Both the position numbers and the translations under genes were made by a program. Positions 11,641 to 24,077 of a DNA stretch of 64,000 nt are shown one piece after another. Within the stretch, counting starts at the first letter, position 1. Each line of letters begins with the position of its first letter. The notes beneath the pieces were generated by a model. The model was given only the letters and a program-made list of their open reading frames with translations, was not told the DNA's origin and made no database searches. Source of the stretch: Chiloscyllium plagiosum (Eukaryota); contig NC_057757.1 of the NCBI RefSeq assembly GCF_004010195.1, positions 3,295,851 through 3,359,850 on the forward strand, read 5' to 3'.

Positions 11641-12621
11641 GACAGATTGTTCAACCCTACAGTCCTTGCTGGTCATTATATTCCATCTGAACTTCTTTTC
11701 TCACTAAGTCTTACGATGCTAACCCTCTTTCCCTTTCCCCTTCCCCAAAATGATGATCTAACTCCACCCCTGCAAACTCCCTAAACACATCCATAATATT
11801 TGCCTCAACTTGGCAGACCTCTACCAAATTTCCTCCCAAGCTTGGGATCTTAAACCTTGGCTTTTCCCAATCAATCAGCAGGGCTTGAAAATTCCTCAGC
11901 CCACTTTTGTAAATCTCCCTGAAGCGCAGACTCCAGAAAGGGACATGATTTCCTAAAAGAAAATTGCCAGGAAGGATGGAAATCCGGAGCTAGGTGCAGA
12001 CTGAATTAGCCGACTGCACAGTCGCAGTGAAAAGATAAGTTTTTTCAAAACGTCCCGCATGGTATCCGAGCTCAGCAGAACAGAGACACGAAATATGCCT
12101 ATCTCTGTGCAACAGCGCTGGTGAGTCATCGGCTCAGCGGCTCCAAGCTCAGCTGCAGAAACATAACAGTAAACACTGTCTGAAAAGGATTGATGTTAGT
12201 CAGCCGTGACTGTCGTTGCTTTCAAGGTGATGTGTGGGGGATAGAGCTAGCTGTGTTTCAGCTTATTTCACGCTTGAGCCAGTTTTGATAGACTTGCCGA
12301 ATCGCCCAAAAAGGAGGTCATTTGGCCGATTATGTTCACTCTGGCTGCTTTCGAAAAGCAATCTGCTGGATCCCACTGCTACGCACCTATGTACCCCATG
12401 CAATTCTCTCATCCCGGGGAGTTCAGGATCAGATATACGTACTAGTAGCCAATTACAACGATAAGGTAGACATTCTTACAGTGACCTTGAGGAGAACTTG
12501 TGAGGCAATGCATTTTGGGAGGTCAAATACCAGAGGGAAGTATCCAGGAAATGGCCGTACCCTTAGAGGCATTGATATGGAACATAGAACAGTACAACAC
12601 AGGAATGTGCCCTTCGGTCTA

Positions 12622-12935
12622 TAGATTAGATTACATTACAGTGTGGAAACAGGCCCTTCGGCCCAACAAGTCCACACCGCCCCGCCGAAGCGAAACCCAC
12701 CCATACCCCTACATTTACCCCTTACCTAACACTACGGGCAATTTAGCATGGCCAATTCACCTGACCCTGCACATCTTTGGACTGTGGGAGGAAACCAGAG
12801 CACCCAGAGGAAACCCACGCAGACACGGGGAGAACGTGCAAACTCCACACAGTCAGTCGCCTGAGGCGGGAATTGAACCCGGGTCTCAGGCGCTGTGAGG
12901 CAGCAGTGCTAACCACTGTGCCACCGTGCCGCCCA
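12622..12935 (-). mobile_element. HE1-type SINE, young CpG-rich copy
   Basis: A box TGGCACAGTGG (rc 12913-12923), B box GGTTCAATTCC (rc 12869-12879), V-domain. Confidence 0.95.
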
Positions 12936-12943
12936 CAGTGGTC

Positions 12944-13587
12944 TGTTATGGACTAGGCCAGACCACTCAGAGCATTCTTAAGTAGGCAGCCCCAGACCAT
13001 AATTTTGCAATTTGTTTTGGAAAGCATCCAGTGAAAATTACCCGGGTTGTTAGCTGGGTCGACTACTAGATTTTGGAACAGACAAAATATTATTCACAAA
13101 ATTACACAATGAAACACAAAGAACAGGATAAAGAACCTCTAAAGAACTCAGTCTATCCAAACTAGACTTAATTATGCTGTTCCAAATATACACAACAGTC
13201 CCAAAAAGCAAACTCCCTGTAAAACCCAGTATAAAAGGAACACATGCTTACAGGTTGGAGTTGAAAGGCAGAAAGAGAGAGAGTGAGTTTCCACACAGCT
13301 CCCTGTTGAAGTCTTCACCTGTTCAAGACTGAACTAAACTGCCCAGCTCAGTTAGAGAGCTGACCATTCCCCTTTCTTTATACAGGTCACTTCTAAAACT
13401 TTGGCCTGAAGTCTCATCTGTTTAGATATAAACAAAAGGCCTCTCAAAATCTTTTTCATCTCTGTACCAAACCAGACTGATCGGAGCCTGGCCCGGATGA
13501 TTACCCCTCTGAAAGAAATCAAGGACAGAGTCTCCTTGAGTCAAGGAATAGCTTTTAGAGAGAAAAAAAGGAACTAGCTTTGTGACA
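12944..13587 (-). mobile_element. Solo LTR (~644 bp), probably Gypsy-type
   Basis: TGTTA...TGACA termini, 4-bp flanks GGTC/GGCC, TATAAA on minus strand at 13377-13382; interrupts a CR1 tail. Confidence 0.7.
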
Positions 13588-14191
13588 GGCCCATAAAATT
13601 GTGCCAAACATGCCGCCAAATAGAACTAATTCCTTCTGCCTGCCCCTGGTCCATATCCCTCCATTTCTTGCATATTCAATGGCTTATCTAAAACCCCCTT
13701 AAACGCCACTATCGTAACTGTCTCCATCACCACCCCTGGCAAAGCTTTCCAGACTTCTACCACACTCTGTGTAAAAAACTTGCCTCTCACATCTCCTTTG
13801 AACTCCTCTCCCCCCCCCCCCCACACACACACATCTTAAAATCTTAAATGCATGCCCCCGAGTATTAGACGTTTCAACTCTGGGGAAATGATTCTGACCT
13901 ATCAATGCATCTCATCATTTTACAGACTTCTATCAAGTCCACTCAGCCCCGGCTGCTCCAGAGAAAACAACCCGAGCCTCTCTAGCCTCTCCTTTTGCTC
14001 CTGCCCTCAAATCCAGGCAGCATCCTGGTAAATCTTTTCTACACCCTCTCTAAAGCCTACACATGCTTCCAGTAATGAAACGACCAGAATTAATGCAATA
14101 CTCTAAATGCAGCCTAACCAAAGTCATACAAAGCTACAACATGATATCCTGACTCTTGCGCTCAATGTCATATGCCTTCTTTACCACCGTG

Positions 14192-14414
14192 GGAGAAAAT
14201 GAGAACTGCAGATCAGAGTTGAGAGTGTGGTGCTGGAAAAGCACAGCAGGTCAGACAGCATCCAAGGAGCAGGAGAATTGATGTTTCAGGCATAAGCCCT
14301 TCCTCAGGAATGAGGTTCATTCCTGATGAAGGGCTTCTGCCCGAACCGTCGATTCTCCTGCTCCCCGGATGCTGCCTGACCTGCTGTGCTTTTCCAGCAC
14401 CACACTCTCGACTA
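14192..14414. mobile_element. Palindromic Penelope-derived element with two head-to-head decayed hammerheads
   Basis: Arms ~14222-14313 and 14317-14412 around a GGT spacer; CTGATGA at 14323 (+), CTGAGGA on the - strand. Confidence 0.85.
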
Positions 14415-14469
14415 CCCTATTTATTTGTGTGGTCACTTTCAGGGATCAATAGCTTTACACCCCAAGATC

Positions 14470-14875
14470 CCACATCCACAAGCATCCACTCCCTCCACCA
14501 CCGATGCTCAATCACAGCAGTGTATACCATCTACAAGATGCTGTACAGAAATTCACCAAAAGTCCTTAGAAGGCTCCTTCCAAACCCACAAGCATTTCCA
14601 AGTGGATGGATAAGGGCAGCAGATACATGGGAATCACCACTCCATGCAGGTTCCCCTCTGAGCCACTCAGCATCCTGATTTGGAAATATATCAGCCACTG
14701 TTGCTGGGTCAGAATCCTGGAATTCCCTCCCTAATAGCATTGTGGGTCAACCCACAGCAAGTGGACTGCAGTGGTTCAAAAAGGCAGCTCACCCCCACCT
14801 TCACAAGGGGTAACTAGGGACAGGCAATAAATGCGGGGCCCAGCCAGTGACACCCACATCCCACCAATTAATTTT
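14470..14875 (+). mobile_element. CR1/L2-superfamily LINE 3' end
   Basis: SIHSLHHRCSITAVYTIYKM; tail GGCAATAAATGC...CCCACATCCCA. Confidence 0.85.
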
Positions 14876-15059
14876 TAAACAATGTATTCAAAGCTGAGCT
14901 AGACAGATTTTTGACCGATGAGGAGTGAAGGATTTGGGGTTGAGATCAGATTGGAAAGCAGATAGAGGACAAAGTCCAAGCAGCCCTAATCTTATTGAAT
15001 GACAGAATACCGCTGGTAAAGCCGAATGACCTACCCTACTCCTAATTTGTGTGATTTAC

Positions 15060-15872
15060 TTTTTTTTATTCATTTGTGGGACTTAGGTGGCACTGGCTGG
15101 CCAGCATTGATAGCCCAGCCCTATTTGCCCTTGAGAAGGTATTGGTGAGCTGCTGTCTTGAATCGCTGCCATCTGTTTGCTGTGGGTTGACCCACAATGC
15201 CGGTAGAGAGGGAATTCTGGGATTTTGATCCAACAGCTGTGAAGGAACGGTCATATATTTCCAAGTCAGGATGGTGAATGGCTTGGAGGGGAACTTGCAG
15301 GTGGTGGTGTTCCCAAGTACCTGCTGCCCTTGTTCTTCGAGATGGAAGTGGTCATGGGTTTGACAGATGCTGTCTACGGATCTTTTGTGAATCTCTGCAG
15401 TGCATCCTGGAGATAGTACTGCTGCTGAGCGCCGGTGGTGAAGGGAAGGGATGTTTGTAGATATGGTGCCAATCAAGCAGGTTGCTTTGTTTTGGATAGT
15501 GTCAAGCTTCTCGAGTATTGTTGGAGCTGCACCCATCCAGGGCAAGTGGGGAGTATTCCACACTCCTGACTTGTGCCTTGTAGATGGTGGACAGGCTTTG
15601 GGGGTGTCAGGAGGTGAGTTACTTGCTGCAGTATTCCTAGTCTCTGACCTGCTCTTGTAGCCACAGTGTTTATGTGGTGAGTCCAGTTGAGTTTCTAGTC
15701 AATGGTAACCCCAAGGTTGTTGACAGTGGGGGATTCAGTCATGGTAATACCGTTGAATGTCAAGGGGCGGTGGTTAGAGTGTCTCTTATTGGTGATGGAC
15801 CACCATCTACAAGGCACAAGTCAAGAGTGTGATGGAATACTCCCCACTTGCTGGATGGGTGCAGCTCCAACA
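15060..15872 (-). mobile_element. CR1/L2-superfamily LINE 3' fragment with a terminal inverted piece
   Basis: WMGAAPTILEKLDTIQNKATCLIG; 15800-15872 is an inverted copy of 15519-15590. Confidence 0.85.
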
Positions 15873-16334
15873 GTGCTGTCAATGAGTCTTATGATGACTA
15901 TAAGAAACCCCATAAAGAACCTGCTGAAGAATGAGAAAGGTTGAGTAGGTGAGGCATATTGTAGCCTTGGTGGTGAGGAAGTGAATGTTTAAAATGTTAC
16001 CTATTGCCTCGGGCAATCTAATCGTTTAAAACTAACATCCTTGAAAAAATATTCATGTTAAAGCCATAAATGGAATGTGTCAGCCATTGCTTGAATCACA
16101 CAGTGACCTTTATGGAGAATATAATGAACAGTATGTTCATGCACAGACTTGCATTAACCTTTGCACAGAATGAGACAGTGCGGGGGGGGGAGGGAAATAG
16201 CGGAGGAGGGAGAGAGTACAAGAGTGAGGTGGAAGAGAGAGTGTATGAGAGAGAGATCACTGTTTTCTTGGAAAATAAACAGTATAAGGAATAACAGAAT
16301 GAGAAATACATGGATGCGCAGACTCAAATACTTG

Positions 16335-17150
16335 TTAACACAATTATTCACCCACTCACTTTCATGCACACACACTCTCATGTACACTCTCATATATTCA
16401 CTCGCAGACACACGTTCTCTTGCATACTCATTCTCACACACACACTCTCTCAAACACACTCTCACAGACACACACATGCTCTCACACACAGATTCTCTCA
16501 CATGCTGTCTCGCAACACACACACACACAATCTTACACATACACACACACAGACTCTCGCACACATTCACTCAATCTCTCACACAAAAGCACACACTCTC
16601 ACACTTTCACAAACACACACATGCACACTCACACATGCAGATTCTCTTACACACTCATTCTCACACATACACACATAATTTCACACTTGCACACAGTCTC
16701 ACACATATGCACACACTCATACTCACGCACACTCTCTCACACACATACTATCACACACATTCTCATAAATATGCACACAAGCATACATTCTCATATGCAC
16801 ATTCTCTCTCACACATACACTCTCACACACGGTCATATTCTCACATACTCACACTCACAGATAGAAACATATACTTTCACACACAGACACACACTCTCAC
16901 ACTCAGATGTATCCTCACCCAGATGCACATTTTCACACTCACAGAGACACACACACTCAAACACATATTCTCACACTCACAGGCAGACACATACACAGAC
17001 ACACTCTCACACTCACAGACACACTCTTACATAAATCTCTCTAACACACAGACACACCCTCACATACAGACACGCAGTCACGCACTCTCACACATACTCG
17101 TACTGTCACACACTCACAGACACACACTAATACTTACATACTCTCACATA
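16335..17150. repeat. Degenerate (CA)n/(CT)n low-complexity tract
   Basis: Visible composition; produces the HT-rich pseudo-ORFs. Confidence 0.95.
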
Positions 17151-17667
17151 AATCATTATGGGTGATTTAGGAGACATCAGATACAGGCTCTTGGGACTGA
17201 AGCAGACACTAGACACAGGGTCTAAGGACAACTAGACAAGCAGGAGCTGCAACTGTTGAACAGAGCACAGGCAGACCTTGCCAACACTGGGAAGAGAGAC
17301 CCACACCAGAGTTATAGGCCAGGGGAGTCAGACAGACATGAGGCAACAGAGTGGGGGCTAGGACTAGGGATGGGGTGAGCAATGGCGTGGCTGGTGGGGA
17401 ATGCTGGTTAGACAGAACGCTGAGCCAGCTCACAGATACTTGGAAGTGAGACAAGCCCAGACGTAGATGATGCAGCAGAGATCTGATAAGGGAGAGCACA
17501 AGGCTGTCTGAGTTTTAATCTGAAAGGTCTCCATACTTGGGTCCATGACTCATTGTTTGCAGCTTTGATAAATAGGAGAAAGGAACAGAGGGAACACGTA
17601 CTCTGACAGTGAGAGCCAACTCTTTTCCCTGTCCCCTGCTTGTCAGTCAATTTATTTGTTAACTTCA

Positions 17668-17945
17668 GCACCTGAGTGGCTCAGTGGTTAGCACTGCTGC
17701 CTCACTGCATCAGGCATCCGGGTTCAATTCCACCCTCGGGTGACTGTCTGTGTGGAGTTTGCACGTTCTCCCCTTGTCTTCGTGGGTTTCCTCCGGGTGC
17801 TCCAGTTTCCCCCATAGCCCAAAGATGTGCTGGTTAGAGTGCATTGGCCATGGGAAATGCAGTGTTACAGGGATAGGGTGGGATGTTGTTCAGAGGGTTG
17901 GTGTGGATTGAATGGCCTGCTCCCACACTGTAAGGATTGTATGAA
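17668..17945 (+). mobile_element. HE1-type SINE
   Basis: TGGCTCAGTGG A box, GGTTCAATTCC B box, V-domain. Confidence 0.92.
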
Positions 17946-17962
17946 TGGGGTCCCTTGCGATG

Positions 17963-18641
17963 TGTTACATTTTGGTGAAGATTTGATTTGACTTATTGGG
18001 AATATCTCTCTGGACATTAAAGTAATATTAAAGGGTTAAACTGCACTGACTGAATGTTGTGGAAGTAGGTAGGGATGACAGTCAGCCAGGAATGAGGCTG
18101 ACTCCCACTCCAATTAGACAGTTATTTGCTGCTATTCCCCCTACTATTATCAGATTAAACAGTCATTCAATCTCTTCTATACTTTCACAGCATCCCCAGC
18201 CAATCAGATTCGCTTGAATGATCATTTCCCTGATGCAGAGGTCTATCATACCTACATTGTCTGAGGAAGAGGCAGAGCTAGAACTCATTTGCTGGGCCAC
18301 CTCAAAGTTAGGACACACTGACATTGTCTTGGGAAATCACTGAGTCAGGGAATCGTCAGCATAACGATTCCACAGGATGAGCATTTGCGTCCCATCCTAC
18401 CATTGGGGTGACATGTGCGTTGGAGAGCGGGTGGGGAGTGGCCAGAGTATCTGTAAGCATTGCCAACTGACCTGCATAAAGGGAGTGTATTTTCTTTGTT
18501 CTGACTCGACTTTGCGCACCTGCGAAGAGGGTCGAAGAGGTCACCTAGTTTGCACAGACTTTAATAAACTTTAACTGTTTGCAGAAGTTGGTGTGTGCGA
18601 ATTGCATCTCGTGTGTGAAACCTCGGGAAAAGAACCTAACA
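17963..18641 (+). mobile_element. Probable solo LTR (~679 bp)
   Basis: TGTTA...TAACA terminal inverted repeat, CATAAA at 18475, AATAAA at 18563 followed by GT-rich sequence; flanks CGATG/CCAGG match only partly. Confidence 0.55.
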
Positions 18642-18689
18642 CCAGGGTTCGCAAGAGGTCTCCAGGAATGTGTTACCGCGATCCCATAG

Positions 18690-19640
18690 AAGTCATGGTG
18701 CAGTTACTTCAAGTAAGTCTTGCTACAGCTTGGTGGGACATTGGTGAGACTTTGTTTGAAGGACTCTGTACAGTTTAGACCTCCCTACCAATGGAGGATA
18801 CGCTGTATTGGAGGCAGATCAGAGCAGACATACATGGCTGATCTCTGGGATGAAGGGGTGTGCGGTTCACCTGATGAGGAGAGGTTGAGCAGGCGGGGCC
18901 ATTACCCATTGGAGTTTTGAAGAACGAGAGGTGACCTTACTAAACCACAGAGTCATACACATGGAAACAAACCCTTTGGTCAAACCCGTCCATGCTGACC
19001 AGGAGTCCTAACCTAATCTAATCCCATCTGCCTGCATTTGGCCTATAGACCTTTAAATCCTTTCTCTTCATCTCCCCACCCAGATGCCTTTTAAATGTTG
19101 TCATTGTACCAGCCTCCACCACTTCCTCTGGCAGTTTTTCCAAACATGCACCACCCTCTGTGTGAAAAAATTGCTCCTTAGGTCCCTTTTAAATCTTTCC
19201 CCTCTCACCTTAAACCTTTTCTCTCTAGTTTTGGACTCCCCCACCCAAGGGAAAAGACCTTGGCTATTCAGCTTAACATTATGGCCTCTAGTTTTGGACT
19301 CCCCTACCCTTGGCTATTCACCCTACCCATACCCATCATGATTTTACAAAACTCTATAGGTCACCCCTCAGACTCTGACACTCCCAGGAAAAAAGCCCCC
19401 AGCCTATACAGCCTCTCCTTATAACTCAAACCTCCTGTCCCCAGCAACATCATTGTAAATTTTTTTCTGTCCCCATTCTGGTTTCACAACATCTTTCCTG
19501 TAGCAGGGTGCCCAGAATTGAATGCAGTATTCTAATGTTCTGTATAGCCACAACATGACCTCCCAACTCCTGTACTCAGTGTTCTAACCGATCAAGGCAA
19601 GCATGCCAAATGCCATCTTCACTGCCCTGTCTACCTGGGT
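18690..19640. mobile_element. CR1 fragments (18690-18948 +; 18949-19640 -)
   Basis: CR1 RT-end remnants and GAGTCATA tail with the typical 3' UTR. Confidence 0.85.
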
Positions 19641-20524
19641 CTTTCAAGTATGGGGATATTTTTCGGGCTATATGCTAAAAAGGTCTATTAGTGGGGCGGA
19701 TGGTGCTTGTGGAATGAGGGGAAGCATCACAATTAATGGTCCCTGTCAGATCGGCAGCAAAGAATCAGTATGTGCTCAAGGCTGACATGAATGGATGTGG
19801 GGCACTATAAATCTCTCCCTGGCTGACATATCTTATAGCTCCAGCCCTACTGGGGGACAGGGTGGCAAATAAATGTGAAAGCTATGGTGCAGCTAAAGTG
19901 ATCTCCCAGCCAGTGTCAACATTGGCTCTGCAGTGTGGTTGGCAGTTGATTGATTTTGATTTTAGCAGAGCTGAAATCTAAGACGTGTGCCCTGTCAGTT
20001 TCAATGTAATTGACAAAAAGAAAACAACAAAAGACTGCTCCTCCTGTGACGTGCAGCAGTGTCAGTTTATTTTTGCAAAGGCTGGATTCATTGACCTAAA
20101 GAGCTTATGCATTGAGGTGCGTTAGAAATTGTCTTCTTTCTCTCTCTCTATCTGCCTCTTTATTTCGATTAATATTGTGCAGACTTTTCAATATCCCCCC
20201 ACGTAGAAACACTGACGCACAGCGAGATTTGCAGTGGGTGACTCACCAGCCTCAGGAGAACGTGTCTTTCCCAAATATAACCTGCGCTGATAGCTCCTGA
20301 ATATAGATGAGCTCTGTAATATCTCTCCCCAACTCCCCTCACCCCTCTCAGCCCAATCCCACCCTCTGAGAAAACACAATCTACTCAAATGTCATTACTT
20401 CTTCAAAGCTCATGACCCTTGACTTGGACAATGCAATGTAATTGTCTCTGTCACTCTGGCAGTCAGCCACAGCAGTACAGACTTTGCAGCCCCTTGCTCG
20501 CTGTTGTTTGTGATCAGCACCAAG

Positions 20525-21265
20525 TTTTCTCTGCACAATCTTTTATCTCTGTACCCCCCCCAACCCCGTTCTCTTTATCAATCTCTCTCTCTTCCAACTC
20601 CTCTCTCTCGTTTTTCACTTTCTATTCATTTAATTTTTTCTCTTTTTTTCTTCACTCTTTCTCTTTATCAATCTCTCTCCAAATGCTTCCTCTCTCAGTT
20701 TTTCACATTCTGTTCATCTGAAATTTTCTCTCTCCCTTTTGCTCTTCTCCTGTTCTCTTTATCAATCTCTCTCTCTTCAAACTCTTCCTCTCTCATTCTT
20801 TCACATCCTATTCTTTTCATTTCTTTCTCTCTCTCTCTCTTTTTCTCTTCCCTATTCTCTTGATCAATCTCTGTAAATTTTTTTCACTTTCTGTACATCT
20901 GAAATTTTCTCTCTCTTTTTCTCTTCCTCACTCTCTTTTTCAATTTCTCCCTTTAAACTCTTTCTTTCACTTTCTGTTCATCTGAAATTTTGTCTCTTTT
21001 TTTTCTCTTTCGCATTTCTCTTTTTCAATCTGTCTCTAAACTCATGCTTTCTCTTTCTGTTCACCTGACTTTCTCTCCTTTTCTTTTTATCACTCTCTCT
21101 CTTCAAACTCCTCCTCTCATTATTTCACGTGAAATTTTCACTCTTTTTCTTTTCCCCATTTCTCTTTATCAACCTCGGTCTCTAAACTCATTCTTTCTGT
21201 TCATCTGAATTTCCATCTCTGTTCTCTCTCCGCTCACCCGTTGGCAACTCTTCCCTCTGTTTTTT
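20525..21265. repeat. CT-rich degenerate repeat with recurring TCAATCTCTCT / TTCTGTTCATCTGAAATTT motifs
   Basis: Visible composition and recurring motifs. Confidence 0.85.
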
Positions 21266-21267
21266 TT

Positions 21268-21581
21268 AGATTTAGATTCCCTACAATGTGAAACAGGCCC
21301 TTCAGCTCAACAAGTCCACACTGACCCTCCAAAGAACAACCCACTAAGACCCATACCCCACGTTTACCCCTCATTAATGAACCTAACACTACGGGCAATT
21401 TAGCATGGCCAATTCACCTAACCTGCACATCTTTGGATTGTGGGAGGAAACCGGAGCAGAACCACGCAGACACGGAGAGAGTATGCAAACTCCATACAGA
21501 CAGTTGCCTGAGGTGGGAATTGAACCCGGGTCCCTGGCGCTGGGAGGCAGCAGTGCTAACCACTGAGCCACCATGCCGCCC
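21268..21581 (-). mobile_element. HE1-type SINE followed by (CCTGTT)n and (AATTC)n
   Basis: V-domain, B-box rc GGAATTGAACC. Confidence 0.92.
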
Positions 21582-22301
21582 TCCTGTTCCTGTTCCTGTT
21601 CCTGTTCCTGTTTCAAATTCAATTCAATTCAATCCTTTCCTTTTGTATATGTCAGAATGTTTGTTTTTATCTCTCTAACACATCTCTCTCCCTCTTTTTG
21701 TCCATCTAAATTTCTCTCTCTCTCCTATCTCTTCTCTTTATTTTTAATTCAAACACTCTCTTTTGCAGCTCTCCCTGAATGACATTTTCTGGTCTCTGTA
21801 TCGGTAAGGTCTTTACAACAAAGGGCATATCCAATTGATCTGTATATGCTGTTGAGGAGCCTAGATAGAGTGAGTGGAAGGATAATAGCATCATACAGGA
21901 CAAAAGAGGCCCTTTGGCCCATCAAGGCTGTACCAAACCAAATCTAGCTACCTGAGCGGAGATGCCAATAATTGGCATGAGGAGTGGAGATTGAAAGTAG
22001 ATGGGAATTTGGCAGATATCATTTCACCTGAGGGTGTTGAGATTCTGGAACTCACTGCCAAAAAGACAGATCAAGACAGAAACCCTTGTAGCTTTGTAAA
22101 TGTATTTGGATATGCACTTATGGGCTAAGGGCTGAGAAATGGGATCAGGCAGCAGAGATCTAAACAGGCTGAATGTCAGTTTTCCACGATTCTATGCTTG
22201 AAGCCCATTCCACAGGCTGGAGCACACAATTGGGGATGACACTCCTGATGCAGCGCAAAGGGAGTTCAGTTCTCTGTTTTATCAAGAGGACATCAAAAAG
22301 A

Positions 22302-22985
22302 GTTTACACGTTCTCCCTGTGTCTGTGTGGGTTTCTTGGGGTGCTCCAATTTCCTCCCACAGTACTAAGCTATGCAGGTTAGGATGGATTGACCGTACTA
22401 AATTGTCCCATTGTATCCAGGGATGTGCAGGTTAGAGTGGATTGACTGTGCTAAATTATCCCGTAGTGCTCAGGGAAGTACAGTTTAGGGTGGATGTGCC
22501 ATGCTAAATTGTCCCATAGTGTCCAGGGATGTGCAGGTTAGAATGGATGGCTGTGCTAAATTGTCCCGTGGTGTCCAGGGATGTGCAGGTTAGAGTAGAT
22601 TGGCTGTGCTAAATTGTCCCATAGTGTCCAGGGATGTGCAGGTTAGAGTAGATTGGCTGTGCTAAATTGTCCCATGGTGTCCAGGGATGTGCAGGTTAGG
22701 GTGGATTGGCTGTGCTAAATTGTCGCACAGTGCCCAGGAATGTGCAGGTTAGGGTGGATTGGCCGTGCTAAATTGTCCCATAGTGCCCAGGGATGTGCAG
22801 GTTAGGGTGGATTGATCATGCTACATTATCCCATAATGTCCGGGCATGTGTTGGCCTGGGAGATTAGCCTGAGGGAATGCAGGATTACAGAGATAGGGTA
22901 GTGGGGTGGAAATGCACTTCAGAGGGTCAGTGTGGACTTGATGGGCCAAAGAGCCTGCCTCCACACTGCAGGCATCCTATGATTC
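22302..22985 (+). mobile_element. 5'-truncated HE1 SINE with ~9 tandem copies of the internal 53-bp unit
   Basis: GGGATGTGCAGGTTAG...GCTAAATTGTCCCATAGTGTCCA recurs every 52-53 bp. Confidence 0.9.
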
Positions 22986-23240
22986 TCTGATCTGAGAGAT
23001 TGTATCGATCAAGGGGAAACTGAACTAAATGACACACAGTCAAAGTTTCTCCCAGCAACAATGCCTCGAGCAATCACAACTGGTTTGAATTCAAACAAAA
23101 GTCAGGCAGTTAAACATTCTGTGGTGCAGTCTCTGCAGCAACACCTCCACCAATCAGAGTCCACTTGCCAACCAATTGGCACCTTCTAGTCATGCAATAC
23201 AAATTGCTGTTCCCTTTCTGTTTTGGCGTTCTTACCCTTT

Positions 23241-23480
23241 AGTCATAGAGTCATTGAGATGTACAGCATGGAAACAGACCTTCAGTCCAACCCGTCCATG
23301 CAGACCAGATATCCCAACCCAATCTAGTCCCACCTGCCAGCACCCGGCCCATAACCCTCCAAACCCTTCCTATTCATATACCCATCCAAATGCCTCTTAA
23401 ATGTTGCAATTGTACCAGCCTCCACCACATCCTCTGGCAGCTCATTCCATACACGTACCACCTTCTGCGTGAAAAAGTTG
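23241..23480 (-). mobile_element. CR1 3' UTR fragment
   Basis: AGTCATAGAGTCA tail and the family 3' UTR. Confidence 0.9.
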
Positions 23481-23704
23481 GTGACAGCAGAATGTTACAT
23501 TTCAATGGATATATCTTATTTCAGCAACACTCAGGTGTGTTCTTCCCAGGGACAATCGATTCAGAAACATTGAACGGATTGGGAATGTGTTCTCTAAGAA
23601 GTAGAAGGTAGCCTGATAGTGGTCTTCAAAATTACTTAAGGTCTTACTACTGTAGACATAGAGTTGTTTCTACAGAAAGACTAGAATTAGGAGGCCATAA
23701 TTGT

Positions 23705-24077
23705 CCTTTCATGGGATGTGGGCAAAGACTGGTGAGGCCCATTCCTAATTGCCCCTTAAATTGAGTGTCTAGCATTTCAGAGGGCAGTTAAAGAGTGCCC
23801 ACATTGCTGTGGTGTGGAACCACATACATGGTAAGGATGGCAGGTTTCAGATGGCGGACTGGGTAAGGATGGCAGATTTCTTTCCAACAGTGAACCGAAT
23901 GGGTTTTTAGGGCAACCATAATTGCCATGGCCACCGTCACTTGAGCCAAGCCTCAAATTCCAGATTTTATTCATTGAGCTGCTGTGATGGGATTTGAACC
24001 CGTGACCCCCTGAGCATTAGCTTAGGCCTCTGGAATTAAGAGTGCAGTGGCATTACCATACCACCAACATCTTCCCT
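23705..24077 (-). mobile_element. Deu-domain (SacSINE1-like) SINE
   Basis: GGGCAGTTAAAGAG...GGTAAGGATGGCAGATTTC...GGGATTTGAACCC. Confidence 0.75.

Larger units (their letters stand above)
12580..14460 (-). mobile_element. CR1 3' fragment split by HE1 SINE, solo LTR and PLE palindrome
   Basis: GAACATAGAAC tail at 12580; resumes at 13588 (GGCCCATAAAATTGTGCC); peptide FKGDVRGKFFTQSVVEVWKALP. Confidence 0.85.

Noticed and set aside
12860..12935. tRNA gene
   Set aside because: The A/B boxes belong to an HE1 SINE head that continues into the V-domain; the same holds for all similar copies.
16154..17165. His/Thr-rich 334-aa ORF
   Set aside because: It is the translation of degenerate (CA)n.
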